A model generated the notes under the pieces. It was not told the DNA's origin. It was given only the letters and a program-made list of their open reading frames with translations, and made no database searches. Of a DNA stretch of 64,000 nucleotides, positions 36,761-48,383 are shown in pieces. Every line of letters starts with the position of its first letter. Within the stretch, counting starts at the first letter, position 1. This stretch comes from Balamuthia mandrillaris (Eukaryota): the NCBI GenBank assembly GCA_031835245.2, contig JAVKOQ020000080.1, forward strand, positions 62,001-126,000. Direction: 5' to 3'. Made by a program: the position numbers and the translations under genes.

Positions 36761-37813
36761 ATGGAGGGACGTGGCGGTCCTCCTTCTTCCCTTGTGCCGC
36801 CAGCCAACGGCAACGGCAACGGCAACAACAACAGCAACGACGACACACCGTTAGCCTTGCCCTTGGCCACCCGATACTCCTTCTTGTTGTCCCCTCGAGG
36901 AGGCGAGGGAGCAACGGAGAGCGACGCCGAGTCTGCTTACGTGACCTCCACTTCCGCTCTTGGTCTTTACGGCGATGAGTCTTCTTCTTCAGCGCAACAA
37001 CAACGCAAAGATCAGAAGGTGAAGGAAAAAGAAGAGGAGGAGGAGGAAGAGGGAAGAAGAATGGGCTCTGCGTATGGCTTCTTTGACGCCGCCGCCGTTG
37101 CGTCTTCTGCCGCTTATACCCTCAACACGCAGCTCTTTCATTCTGAGAACGAAGGAGAGGAGCAACAAAGCGGAGCACCACCAAGAAAACAGAAAAAGGG
37201 CGAAGAAGAAGATGAGGAAGAGGCGGATAGCAGCAGCAGCGAAGACAGTTTTGACAGCAACAGCAGCAGCGAGGACGATGAGGACGACGACAGCGAGGAG
37301 GAGGAGGGAGAGGGAGAGGCCCAGAAGAAGAACCGTTATGCCCTGGAGAAAGGAGTTCTTTTTTCTGCTGAGGAGATCAAACTGGTAAACTTATTTATCC
37401 ATTTTTTTATTTTTTTATTTTTTTATTTTATTTTATTTTATTTTATTATTTTTATTATTTTTATTATTTCTTTTTTTTCTTTTTAATATTTTTATTTTGT
37501 TGTTTTATTTCTCAACAGGGCCACAAGTACGCTCATGAGCTCTCTGTGTTGCGAAGCAAAGAGGACAAGAAGGGAGGGGAGTGGCAGGAGCGGGACTGGA
37601 TGGCAGAGTTTCAACGGTTGGACGCGATGCCGGACAGCAGGGCCAAGTACCAGGCGCTCGCTCTTCTTTCTCGAGGTTTGTGCTGATACTTTCTTTTCAT
37701 TTTTTTTTCATTGCAGCTCTCTCCTTTCTTTCTTCTGCATTCTTCCTTTGTTTTTCGTTCGTCATTCTTCATTCGTCACTGCATGCTTCATTCTTTGGCT
37801 TCTTACTCTTTAT

Positions 37814-37845
<32 letters not shown>

Positions 37846-38196
37846 TCTCTTGAAATAACCTCTTCTTTTGCTGCTTTCTTCACCAGACTTTGTAAAGACA
37901 GCATCAATGTACGGTCGCATTGTCATCTCCGAATACTTCATTCCACCAGAGAAGAAGACCATAAAGCCGGTCAATGTGGGCGGCTTGGCTGGCGGCGAGA
38001 AGTTCATCTGCCGCAACATCTTCTTCAAGCTGGCCAACGATCTGCCCCTCGCCTTGGACTCGTGGATGTACGGCGGCACCAGCAGAGATGATGAGAAGGC
38101 CATGAAGGCCTCTGCGCATGATCTCAAGTCCCTTTTGAGATTTTATGCTGCTGCCTCTGCCATCCATCGTGGTATGTTGTTTCTTGCCTTCCTTTC

Positions 38197-38245
<49 letters not shown>

Positions 38246-39518
38246 CCTCTCTCTCTTCTCAAAACGGTTCGTTTAAAACATGTACATTTTTTTCAACTGT
38301 AGAAGGAGAAAAGAAACTGAACGTACCGCTCACGTGCCTGGTAGACTTTCGGGGCTATCGCCTGTTCTGCTGCGCGGTGGTTCCCATTTCTTCCTACACT
38401 CTGGTCTATGGCTCTGGTGACGGTGGCAACACCATTCATTCCGACTGCGAGGAGTTCACCAAGAAAGTGGCTGAGGTCTGCAAGATACTGAACTTGCAAC
38501 CTCATAAAAGTGGCAAAGATGGAGTGATTATGCATGGTATCTTTCTTCACCTTCCTTCTCTCGGGTTTCTGGGACTCTGTTTCTATTTTTTTGTTACCTT
38601 ATCGTCTCTTCTCTTCTTTTTTCCGTCTCTATCTAAGGCCTGCAAGTTAACTAACCGTTCTAAATCACAGGTCCTGGAGACTTGGAGGGACATATAGGTC
38701 AGGATGGCAACTATTACATTCTAGGTACTCTTTTCTCTTTATTCTTCACGTTTTCTTCCTCTCTCTCTCTCTCTCTCTCTCTCACATCAATCAATGTAGA
38801 TCTGGCAAGGTTATTCCCACCAGAGTTTCCAGAGCGAGCCACCGACTCTCGCAGTCTCCGCATCAACCAACGCGCCATCTTTTACAACCTCCTTCGCCCC
38901 GAGTTTGTCTACGAGAACTCCGTACCTCTCAGCTCCGACACCTTCAGCGCCTGGGAATTAGGAGATGAGAACGCCAGACAGCATGCCATCGACGTGCGCG
39001 AGGCCACTCGTCTCCTCAAAACGGTTCGAGTGGCGGACACGGCCGACGCTCTTGCTCGTCAGTTTGAACAGCTCTGCAACAACAGTAATATGGAGGAGGC
39101 ATGTCGTGAGATTTCAGGCTTGTTGTCCACTATCATGCATCAAAAGGGAGTCAACATGAGATACTTGGGACTCGTTCGCGAGGCGCTTCTTCGTTCTCCT
39201 TCCTCTCAACAACGGTCCACAACAGCACTTGCACAAGTGTTGTTGGTGGAAATGACAGCCAGAGTGTTGAAGAACGCACTGCGCCTCATGTTGAGAGAGG
39301 AGATGAGGACCATCAAAACCACCTTTGAGGAGCCCTACAAGCAAATCACCATCAACTTCATCAACACCATTCTAGGCCATAGGGTCAATATAGAGCCGCA
39401 CATCTATGATAAGCGACCTATAGCATGGCTTAGCTTCCTGGAGCATAAAATGGAGGAGAAGTACAACATTGTGCTCAGCAGCCAAACCATTAAGGTTTTT
39501 GTTCTCTCTGTCTCTCTG

Positions 39519-39557
<39 letters not shown>

Positions 39558-42249
39558 TTAAACTCTTATTTACGTCTTTTGCTTTTCTTTATGCTTAGGG
39601 TCTTATGAAGATGGATATGCGATTGTTGTTGGAGCGCTTTACAACAAAGGCGGGAGTGGTTCTCTCTTCAAGGGTCATGAACTCTCTTGCTGGAAACAAG
39701 TATGCTGTTGTCGTTGATACCGACCTCAAAAATGTACTTCTTCCCCTCTTCTTCCTTCTTCTTCCTTCTGTCTTCTTATTGTGCTCGTATATTCTTTTAA
39801 ACAGGTAAAAATCCTAACGAAACACATGTACATAACGGAAATGGCGGAAGGAACAATGTTGTACATGGACGCCATGGAACAGATTCGCCTGCACAACCAG
39901 CTCGAAGCATTGTCACTGTTGTCGTTTGCTCGTACAAAGCTTAACATTGTGAAAGACTCTGGAACTGGTGACCCCATGTCACACTTGCGTCTCGCCATTG
40001 TACGTTTCCTTGTTGTCCACGTTTTCATATTTGTTTCCTTTTTTCTATTTATTTTTCTTTCTTTCCTCTCTGCTTCTCTGCTTTTCTGTTTGCTTTTCTT
40101 TGCAGCACCTCAGTTTTGGTTGTTTCTAACTTCTTTTGTTTAAAAGACCAACCAACATTTGTCAAGGTTGATACGTTGCTTTAGAGAGTCCGAGTTGGTA
40201 GGCCACAAAGCGGAAAGTTATCGCGGGTACTCTGAACAAGCCGAAGCAGGCTTCAACTACTGTCTCCTCTTAAAAGGCGGCAACTTTTGGGAGGCAAGAA
40301 TCGCCTTTGCTTTTTACCTCGCTGGAGAGAAGTTTGACTATGTCGAAGCTCGACGACAACTTCGAGTCTGTTTCGAGATGAACGGAACAGAAGCGATGGT
40401 CGCTCACTTGTTGGCAGAATGTCCCCCGCTTATTTCTTTGCACAATGCTTATGTTCCGAAAGAGGATGGCACGTTTGCTTCTCTTCTCATGCAGGCCACA
40501 CTTGTCTATGAGACGTATGCCTTCTTTCATCTTTTCATTCTTCATTCTTCATTCATTCTTTCTCTTGTACCGTTCTCGTTTGGGTTATTGGCACTCATTG
40601 ACGAACCCATTCATATGTTCATGGCAGTATTTTGGAGTTCCAACCAGAGAACAAGGAAGCAACCGTCGGATACGTCATCGCCATGTGCTTTGTTCTCACC
40701 ATCACCAACTTTCAGTTCTGGCTGAGCGTAGTTGGCGACAAAGATCTCGCCCATCGGGAGGTGCGAAGGGTCCTCTTTAAGCGAACCCGAGAGGCCGCTG
40801 AAAAGGCTTTGGCCATGGACGAGACCTGCTTAGATAAGTTCGTCAAGGCCTCGTTGAAGTGCTATGAACAACAGGATGCTATTTCGCGTCTGCCGAAGCC
40901 TGGCGTCTTTGCCCAAATATGTTCGCCTCGCATGACTGATGTACGCTACCTCTTGTTGTTTCTTCCTTCCTTCTTTCTGTCTTTCTCCTTCCTTCTGGCT
41001 TCCTTTTTTCCTCTTACATATCTTTTCAATACGGTCCAGAGGTTGAAGAAACTGCTTTTCGTGGAGGTGAAGAGCCTGACGCTGGAAACTTTCCTCGTGG
41101 ACACAAAGAGCGAATGGCAAAACGAGGAGGTGATCGAGCTGTGCAAGACATTATCGTCCATCGAAAGCTTTGAGCTTCCCGTATTTTCCGATGGCAACTG
41201 CAAGATGACTCCTGTTATACTTGACCATATCGTCGAGGCCTTCCAAACCTCGTTGAGGTGTTTGACCCTCAAGGGTTAGCTATTCCTTTCCTCTGTTCTC
41301 TGCTCTGTTCTCTCTACTTTCGTTCTTTCTCGCCAATGGCTTCTCTCTTTCTTTGTTATTCGTTTCTCTTCTAATATACGCGAACAAAGGAGGACCATCA
41401 TGCTGGCAACCAATAGGCCCATTTACCAAATGTACCGCCATTCAACAGCTAACTCTAAAGGACATCAAGTATGAGGAAGATCTGCTCCAACTCTCCCAAC
41501 ACCCTCTCCCTCAGCTCTCCACCCTCCGCTTCGACACCTGCGACCTCACCGACCAAGTGCTCGATCTCATCCTCCAGAAACAAACTGGCCTTACCGACAC
41601 ATTGCAACAACTCTCCTTAATCTCCTGTTACTCTCTCACGGACGAGGCGCTACGCAGCATTGCGCGAAGATGCGAGAAGCTGCGCGTCTTCCAGTTGCAC
41701 AGCAACTCGAACGTTACCGATGAGGGCATTCGTTCGTTGCTGGCGGGTTGCAAACCTTCCTTGAGAGCCATTTCTTTGGATGGACTTGGGAACCTCACTG
41801 TGAACGGCTCGTTTGGAGTTTCTTCACCGTCGAAAGAAGGAGCCCATGAGAAGGAGGAGAGCGACTTTTTGGAGCTGGAAGCCATCCTGATTGGTGGGGG
41901 CGTATTGGCGGATGGTTCAGAGGCGGCTTGCGAGGAGCTCATTCGTATCCTTTGCCAACGTTGTGATCACCTGAAGCGATTCGTTTGTCCGCCTCGACTC
42001 AATGCTGCGTACGTTTCTTTCTCGTAGTTTCTTTCTTGTTTCTTTTGTTGTTCTGATGAAGAGTTTTCACAACAAAAGTGGATTGGCGGCACTGCGTGAT
42101 AGCAAAACTAGCTCCAACATTCAGCTGTTGAATCTCAGGAGCTGTAACTTCCTGGAACCGGATGCATTTGCTGCCTCCATAACCTTTTCCAATCTCTGTC
42201 AGCTCTATGTCCCTCGAAAGTTTGACGACAAAGGTTTTCTATTAAGCTT

Positions 42250-42290
<41 letters not shown>

Positions 42291-42963
42291 ATGCTATCTC
42301 GTTCGTCCACTCTTCTTTGCTTCTCACTGCTACTCATGTTCTCGCACTCATTCTCTCTTCCCTGTCTTCTGCTTTCGTTCTCCTGTTCTCTTCTCTCCCT
42401 AATGCCCAAAACAAAAAAATAGGATTGTTAAGTTTAGCAAAACACTGCCCCAAGCTGGAGAGCTTCTTCGCTCCCGAAAGCACCAACCTAACCGACTCAG
42501 GCCTAGTCCCCTTCTTCCAATCCTGCCGCCAACTTCGTCGCCTCTGTATCCGTCCTCGTTCCTGCCTTCTCTCTTCTTCATCCTCTTCTTCTCCTCAGGA
42601 CGCACAATACTGCGAGTGGCTCCGTGCGATAGGCAACTGCACCTCTTTGGAGATATTGGTGCTTCGAGACAGCCTGAACGATGGCGCACTGAGCATTTTA
42701 GGCCGACACCAACCCACATCACTCCGCTTGCTGGACCTTCACTCCAGCCGCATTACCGACTGGGGCATCATGCGATGGTGCGAAGGCGGCAGATGCGGCG
42801 GGCTGAGGCAGCTCAACCTGCAGTGCTGCTATGAGCTGACCCCGGTGGCCACCAGCTACATTGCGGCCAGCTGCAGCTCGTTGGAGAAGCTTTGGAGCAA
42901 TGCTGCCATGCTTTCGTATGAGGCATACTTTCATTTCAAGATGGTGCGTATCTTTTTTTGTTC

Positions 42964-42998
<35 letters not shown>

Positions 42999-43124
42999 GG
43001 TGGACTCACGGATAAACAAAAAAAACAATGCTGCCAGCTGTTGCCGGAGTCAAGCTTGAAGTATCACTTTTTGTCGTTGTTGGGCGTGGAGTTCTTTAGC
43101 GATGAGCACGGCATTACTGCTTAA
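36761..43124 (+). CDS. Clu-domain protein with C-terminal leucine-rich repeats (FBXL/AMN1 type); multi-exon
   Basis: YGRIVISE..KTIKP..GGLAGGEKF..FFKLA..SAHDLKSL, YGSGDGG, GDLEGHIGQDGNYYIL|DLARLFPPE, MHQKGVNMRYLG. LRRs such as LQQLSLISCYSLTDEALRSIARRCEKLRVF and LRQLNLQCCYELT. Confidence 0.82.
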
Positions 43125-43495
43125 CGCCACGTCTTTCCTGAAGGGGAGGCGCGAATGCGAACCACGGAGGCCTCCGCCCCCGTTACGTAGCAATGGGCCC
43201 ACCTTGGACATTTTTTTCCTGTACAAAGGGACGGATCGTGTCCCATTTATTTCAACTCCGTCAAACTCCGAAATTATTGCCTTTTAAACGCAAAATGACG
43301 TCATTTGTTTTCTTTTAAAGGTATAATTTTACAATTCAATATTAATTTTTTTTTAGAATTCATAAAAAAAAATAATAAAAAAAGAAAGTAAACAAAGGAT
43401 TACTCCACTGTGCAGGTAGCGCCGTCTTCCTTCCTTGCTTCCTTCCTTCCTTGCTTCCTGCCCCTGTTCTTGTCTTGTAACCGCAAAAACCAAAA

Positions 43496-43950
43496 ATGAC
43501 CGAATACGGTAACGAAAAAACCCCTCTCTTGCTAGCTGTTCTCCTCGTGCTCTCTACCTTTTTTTTCTCCTTCTCTTGTTATCATTCGTTCTCTCTCTTC
43601 TCATTCTCTCTCTCTTTCTCTCTCTCTTCTCATTCTCTCTCTCTTTCTCTCTCTCTCTTCTCTTCTCTTTTTTTTCCCTCTTTAGAACCTCAACTGCGAG
43701 CGGCTGCCCAAAGAGGAAATGTTTCGTTGATGGAACAGTTGTTGGGCAAGAAGAAAAAGCCGAACGTGGATAACCAAGACGCTCTCGGCAACACTCCTCT
43801 GCACTACAGTGCTCACCACGACCATCCCGGTACCTACTGCTACGCTTTCGTTTTCTCTTCCATCTTCATTGTCACGTTGCTGACGTTGTTCTCTCGCCAC
43901 CGTTGTGCTTTTCTCGTTTCGATTTCCCCTGTTTCTTCCATCTTCCTCCT

Positions 43951-43982
<32 letters not shown>

Positions 43983-44536
43983 CGGCTCTGTTCCCCGCTC
44001 TGTTCCATTTTCTGGATCGTTGTTCGCTCGCTGCTCTTTCTCTTTTATTTCATCCTTCTTCCTCGCTTCCCTTCCTTCCTCTTGCAGAAACTTTGGAGAT
44101 TTTGTTGAACAACGGAGCGAACCCCAACATTCAAAATAACGAGGGCAACACCCCTCTGCACAAGGCTGCGGCCAAGAACAGCATCCCTTGCATCAAGGCC
44201 TTGATGGACAACGGCGCTGACCCGAGAATCAAGAACAAGGAAGGAAAGCAAGCCAAAGGTTTGGCCAAATCTGCCGAGGCCAAGAGCATTCTTTCTCGCC
44301 CTGTCGTTTTAGGTTTGTTTTTTTTCTTCTTGTTCTGTCCTTCTCTCCTTTGTTACTTTCGCTCTTGTTTGTCCTCTTCTCTTCCTCTTTTCTATTCCTT
44401 CTCTTCTTGTTGTTCTTGTTCTATGCTCTTCACTGCTGTTATGGTTTTTTGAATTGTTGTAACCCTCACTCTCTTCTCTCCAGCCGCGGAAGTGGACAAG
44501 GACATGATTGCGGATCTTGACGACAGAGACGACTAA
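43496..44536 (+). CDS. Small ankyrin-repeat protein with an acidic tail
   Basis: QDALGNTPLHYSA, QNNEGNTPLHKAA and GADPRIKNKEG; four exons ending DLDDRDD*. Confidence 0.88.
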
Positions 44537-45261
44537 ACTTTCCCTTCTTTTTTCCCCCCTTTCTCTGTACTTTTTTTTGTTTCAAAAACAACAACAAACC
44601 AACACACAAGCCCAATATCTCATCACCCTCCACCGCGAGCATCCCATCTTTCTTTCCTCCTGGTCATCGACAGTGAGGAGGACAGAGGCAGGAAAAGATA
44701 AGAAAAATGCAGCCAGGAGCCCGTGCGTTTCCTTTGCGCTTTGCTCTCTGTTGCTTTATCCCAACGCCAAAGCATTATCTTCTTCTTCCATGACCGAGTT
44801 TTCCGCCCTCAGACGACCGACCTTCTTGCTTCTTTTTGGTTGCTTTGGGCGACGGAGAAAGAGGAAAAAGAGCAGCAGAGCATTCGAAGCAGCTCGCAAT
44901 CCTTGCTCTCCTCAGGACCCGCGTCCCTTGAGGTTGCTTCAGCCACGTACGTGGCACGTTGGTGTGCACACTTTCCGAACGGCAAGACCTTGAAACCATC
45001 GACCGATGGCTATATTGGGGGCCTTTTGTAAAAGAACGAAAAGGGGTTGGAATAGTGTGGAGGCTATGAAAGATCTGAAAAAGTTTGAATTTTTAAATCC
45101 CCAATTGGCCGAATAAATCCCCGAAAGCCAATGGGGTAAAATTCCTCGAGGTTATAAATTCCCCGACTTAAAATTGCAAATAAAATCTGTTATATATTAT
45201 GTTTGTATATAAATAAAAGAAGTTTTATTTTCAACAGAAGAAGAAAAACACAAAAACCAAT

Positions 45262-46116
45262 ATGGCAACACAGAAGCCTGTCGCTCTCATCACCGGCACC
45301 TCCACGGGAATCGGCCTCTCGGCGGCCATCCTCCTGGCCAAGGCGGACTTCCACGTGGTGGCCACCATGCGTAACCTCGACAAGGCCACGGAGCTCAAGG
45401 AGCGCGCCCAGAAGGAGGGCGTCGAGGTGGAGCTCCAGCAGCTGGACGTCTCCTCGCTGGAGTCCATCACCCGCTGCGTGGAGCAGGTCATCGCCACCCA
45501 CGGCAACATCGCCCTCCTCGTCAACAACGCCGGGGCGGGGCAGCTGGGCTCCTTGGAGCAGGTCTCGGAGAAGGACCTCCGCAGCGCCATGGAGGTCAAC
45601 TTCTTTGGCGTATGGCAGCTCACCAAGGCGGTCCTGCCCCACATGCGTCGCGCTCGCTCGGGACGTGTCATCTCTGTCACCAGCGTGGGCGGTCTCATAG
45701 GGCAGCCTTTCAACGATGCCTACTGCGCGGCCAAGTTCGCCGTGGAGGGAGCGATGGAGAGCTTGGCCCCTGTGACCAAGCGTTTCGGTGTGGACATCAT
45801 CCTGGTGGAACCCGGCGCGGTCCACTCCGCCTTTGTGGAGAACGTGCTTGCCAAAGGCTCCGTTGCCCCCGTGGAGGGAGACGAGGAGGAGCAGTTCTAC
45901 TCCAAGCTGTTGGAGAGCTATGTGGCGGGCACCAAGGACGCCTACGCGATGGGGCAGACCTCAGATGAGGTGGCCGAGGTCATCGTGAAGGCCGCCAAGG
46001 AGGAGAAGCCCCACCTGAGGTACCAGACTTCGGCCTTCATTGAAGCCATTTGTGGCAAGAAGATCAGCGACCTCACCGGAGACTCGATTGTAGATCTGAC
46101 TGGCTCTCGCCTTTGA
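45262..46116 (+). CDS. Classical short-chain dehydrogenase/reductase; intronless
   Basis: TGTSTGIG, LDV, LVNNAG, VTSVGG, YCAAK and VEPG. Confidence 0.95.
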   Translation: MATQKPVALITGTSTGIGLSAAILLAKADFHVVATMRNLDKATELKERAQKEGVEVELQQLDVSSLESITRCVEQVIATHGNIALLVNNAGAGQLGSLEQVSEKDLRSAMEVNFFGVWQLTKAVLPHMRRARSGRVISVTSVGGLIGQPFNDAYCAAKFAVEGAMESLAPVTKRFGVDIILVEPGAVHSAFVENVLAKGSVAPVEGDEEEQFYSKLLESYVAGTKDAYAMGQTSDEVAEVIVKAAKEEKPHLRYQTSAFIEAICGKKISDLTGDSIVDLTGSRL

Positions 46117-46270
46117 CAATAGGCCTTGCAAAACCTTTTGTTATTGATAACGAGCACTCCTTTCTTTTTTTTTTTTTAAACAAGGCTCTCTTTCTTCCTT
46201 CGTACTCATCGCTTGTCATGGTTGATACTCCTTTCTTCTTTCTTACTTTATTCCCTTCTTCGGTCGTCCA

Positions 46271-46708
46271 TCAGTGGAGTCCCTTCACATGACCCCGAAC
46301 GAACTCAGGAATGATGGCAGGGAAAGAGAAGGTCACTTGCTCTTCGTTCAGCAGCAAACTGACGGCGGCATAGTATGGTTTTTGTTGGCGAATGTCGTCA
46401 CAGTCCTTCAAACCTACAAAATACTTCTTGTTCCGATAATAGAACAAGTGGCCTGATAAAAGAGGATAAGAACACCGTGTTAACAAGAGAGCGAGAGAAG
46501 AAGAGTAGAGGAGGGAGCAGAGAGCCCAGAGCAACGAACCCGCGTCAATATCAAGATAAATGCCTATAACATCTCCGTTTTCGAACCGTGTATCTCTTGC
46601 TAACTCCTTCGGCGGAACCTGTTGCTTTCCGTAATTGCCAAGAAGATAACATGTATAGGGAATGACGCTCCATCCTGGTAAAGAGAGCCGAGAAAGAGGA
46701 ATGTTATA

Positions 46709-46739
<31 letters not shown>

Positions 46740-47670
46740 AAGAAGAAGAAGAACAAAGCATATGAACCAAGAACTAGAAATAGGACGAAGAGGATATCAA
46801 ACCAGGATCGCTAGAATGGCCAACGATGGAGTTGGAAGAGGTGGCTTTTGACACGGGAAGGATGCCGATGAAGATTTGTTGATGAGTTTTGTCGATGGTA
46901 ACCTCAAAGTAATGCTGGCCTTTTAGGGTCATGGTGAAAGAGATAAGCAGCAATGTACGAAGAACAAGGAGAGGAAGCATAAGAAGAAAGGAAAGAGAAT
47001 TATTCCCGTGAGCATAAAGCAGAAGGAAGGTTGATTCCAATGAAAAGTAAGAAGACGAAGAAAAACGAAGAAAGAAGAAGAAAGAAGAAGAAAGAAAGAA
47101 GAAGGAGGAAGCACAAGAATACCGGAGGTCCACTGGTTTGCGCTCCTGCATTTACAATGGCCGTTGCCGCTGCTATGTTGCGTGACCGTCCGTTTATTAG
47201 CGCTGAGAGCAAGGCTTCCCTCCTTGTTATCCTCAAACAAGACCAAATGGTTCACTTTTGCAACACGACAAAAAAAAAAGTTTTGTTAAATAAATGATAA
47301 AAGAAGTGTAAAAGAAAGCACCAAAGCACGAACAGTTGCTCAAGTACAAACTCTTCCAGCTTTCGCCCGCTGGCTCTTCTTCTTCTTCTTCTCCTTCTCC
47401 TTCTCCTTCTTCTTCTTCTTCTATTGGCATGCGTATCCCTCTGAGGTCACAAAAATGGTGCCATAGGGTAGGGTCATGACAAAGCTGACACGTGAGACGG
47501 TTGGCCAGGCAGTAATGCAGCCAGTCCGGACCCGGAGGACCCAGCCATTTCAGGCACTCCACCTGCAACTCCATCGGAAGGTCTCCAAAGGGAAAGGAGG
47601 GGCCACCATCGGTCGTCGTAGTCCCACCGGAATGCTTCTTTTTCCATTTCATTTTGAATGCACTAAACAT
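46271..47670 (-). CDS. F-box and SPRY domain protein
   Basis: FGDLPMELQVECLKWL..LCHDPTLW (F-box); GQHYFEVTI..IFIGI..FENGDVIGIYLDIDAG..YYAAVSL (SPRY). Confidence 0.8.
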
Positions 47671-48383
47671 TTTCTTTTCCTTCCTCTTCTATTTCTTCTT
47701 CTTTTGTTCTTCTGGTCCTTCTTCTTTGTTCTTTGTTCGCTTCTCTTGTTCTCCGCTTCTCTTGTTCTTCGTCTGCTGCTGCTTCTTCTTCTTCTTCTTC
47801 TTTATTGAAACAAATAGGAATAATTAAGTAAAATATTTGATAATTATCGGTGTCTCTCTTCGATAACGTGTGAAGGGCAGGAAGCCTCACGGTTTGCTCA
47901 TGACTACCGGTGGTCCCCTTACCGGCCTTCATCACACGCGGTTCAGCTCGCCTGTTCTTGAGTTAACTCTTCACCTTTCGTTGATCAGCAAAAAGAAAAA
48001 GTGTTATCAATGATCATTCATTTTACCTGCACCCGGAAGCAGAGAAAGTGGAGGAGAATGGCGTACGGGCCGCGTTTTGGCTAAGGACGGCCGATGAAAA
48101 AAGAACAGCAGCTGGTTGTGGAGCTGCTGTGACTCGAGCAGCGGATCCATACATCTTTTTGTTGTTGAAAGAGAACAAAACGAAGAATATAAAGAGGCTG
48201 AGGATGATGGTGATTAGTCATGGTGGAAGATTGTGGTGGTTGTTGTGTTGGTGGTTATGATTGTAGCGGTGGTTGTGTTTGGGAGCATCAGGTTGAAGGG
48301 ACGGAGCCAACACCAAAGCAGACGCAACAGCGCATGGTTCTTGCAGAGTTCTGCTTTCCTTAAAGAGAGTTTCATAGAACAGT

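Noticed and set aside
44508..45031. Overlapping ORFs between the ankyrin and SDR genes
   Set aside because: No recognisable motif or consistent exon structure; at most a decayed fragment.
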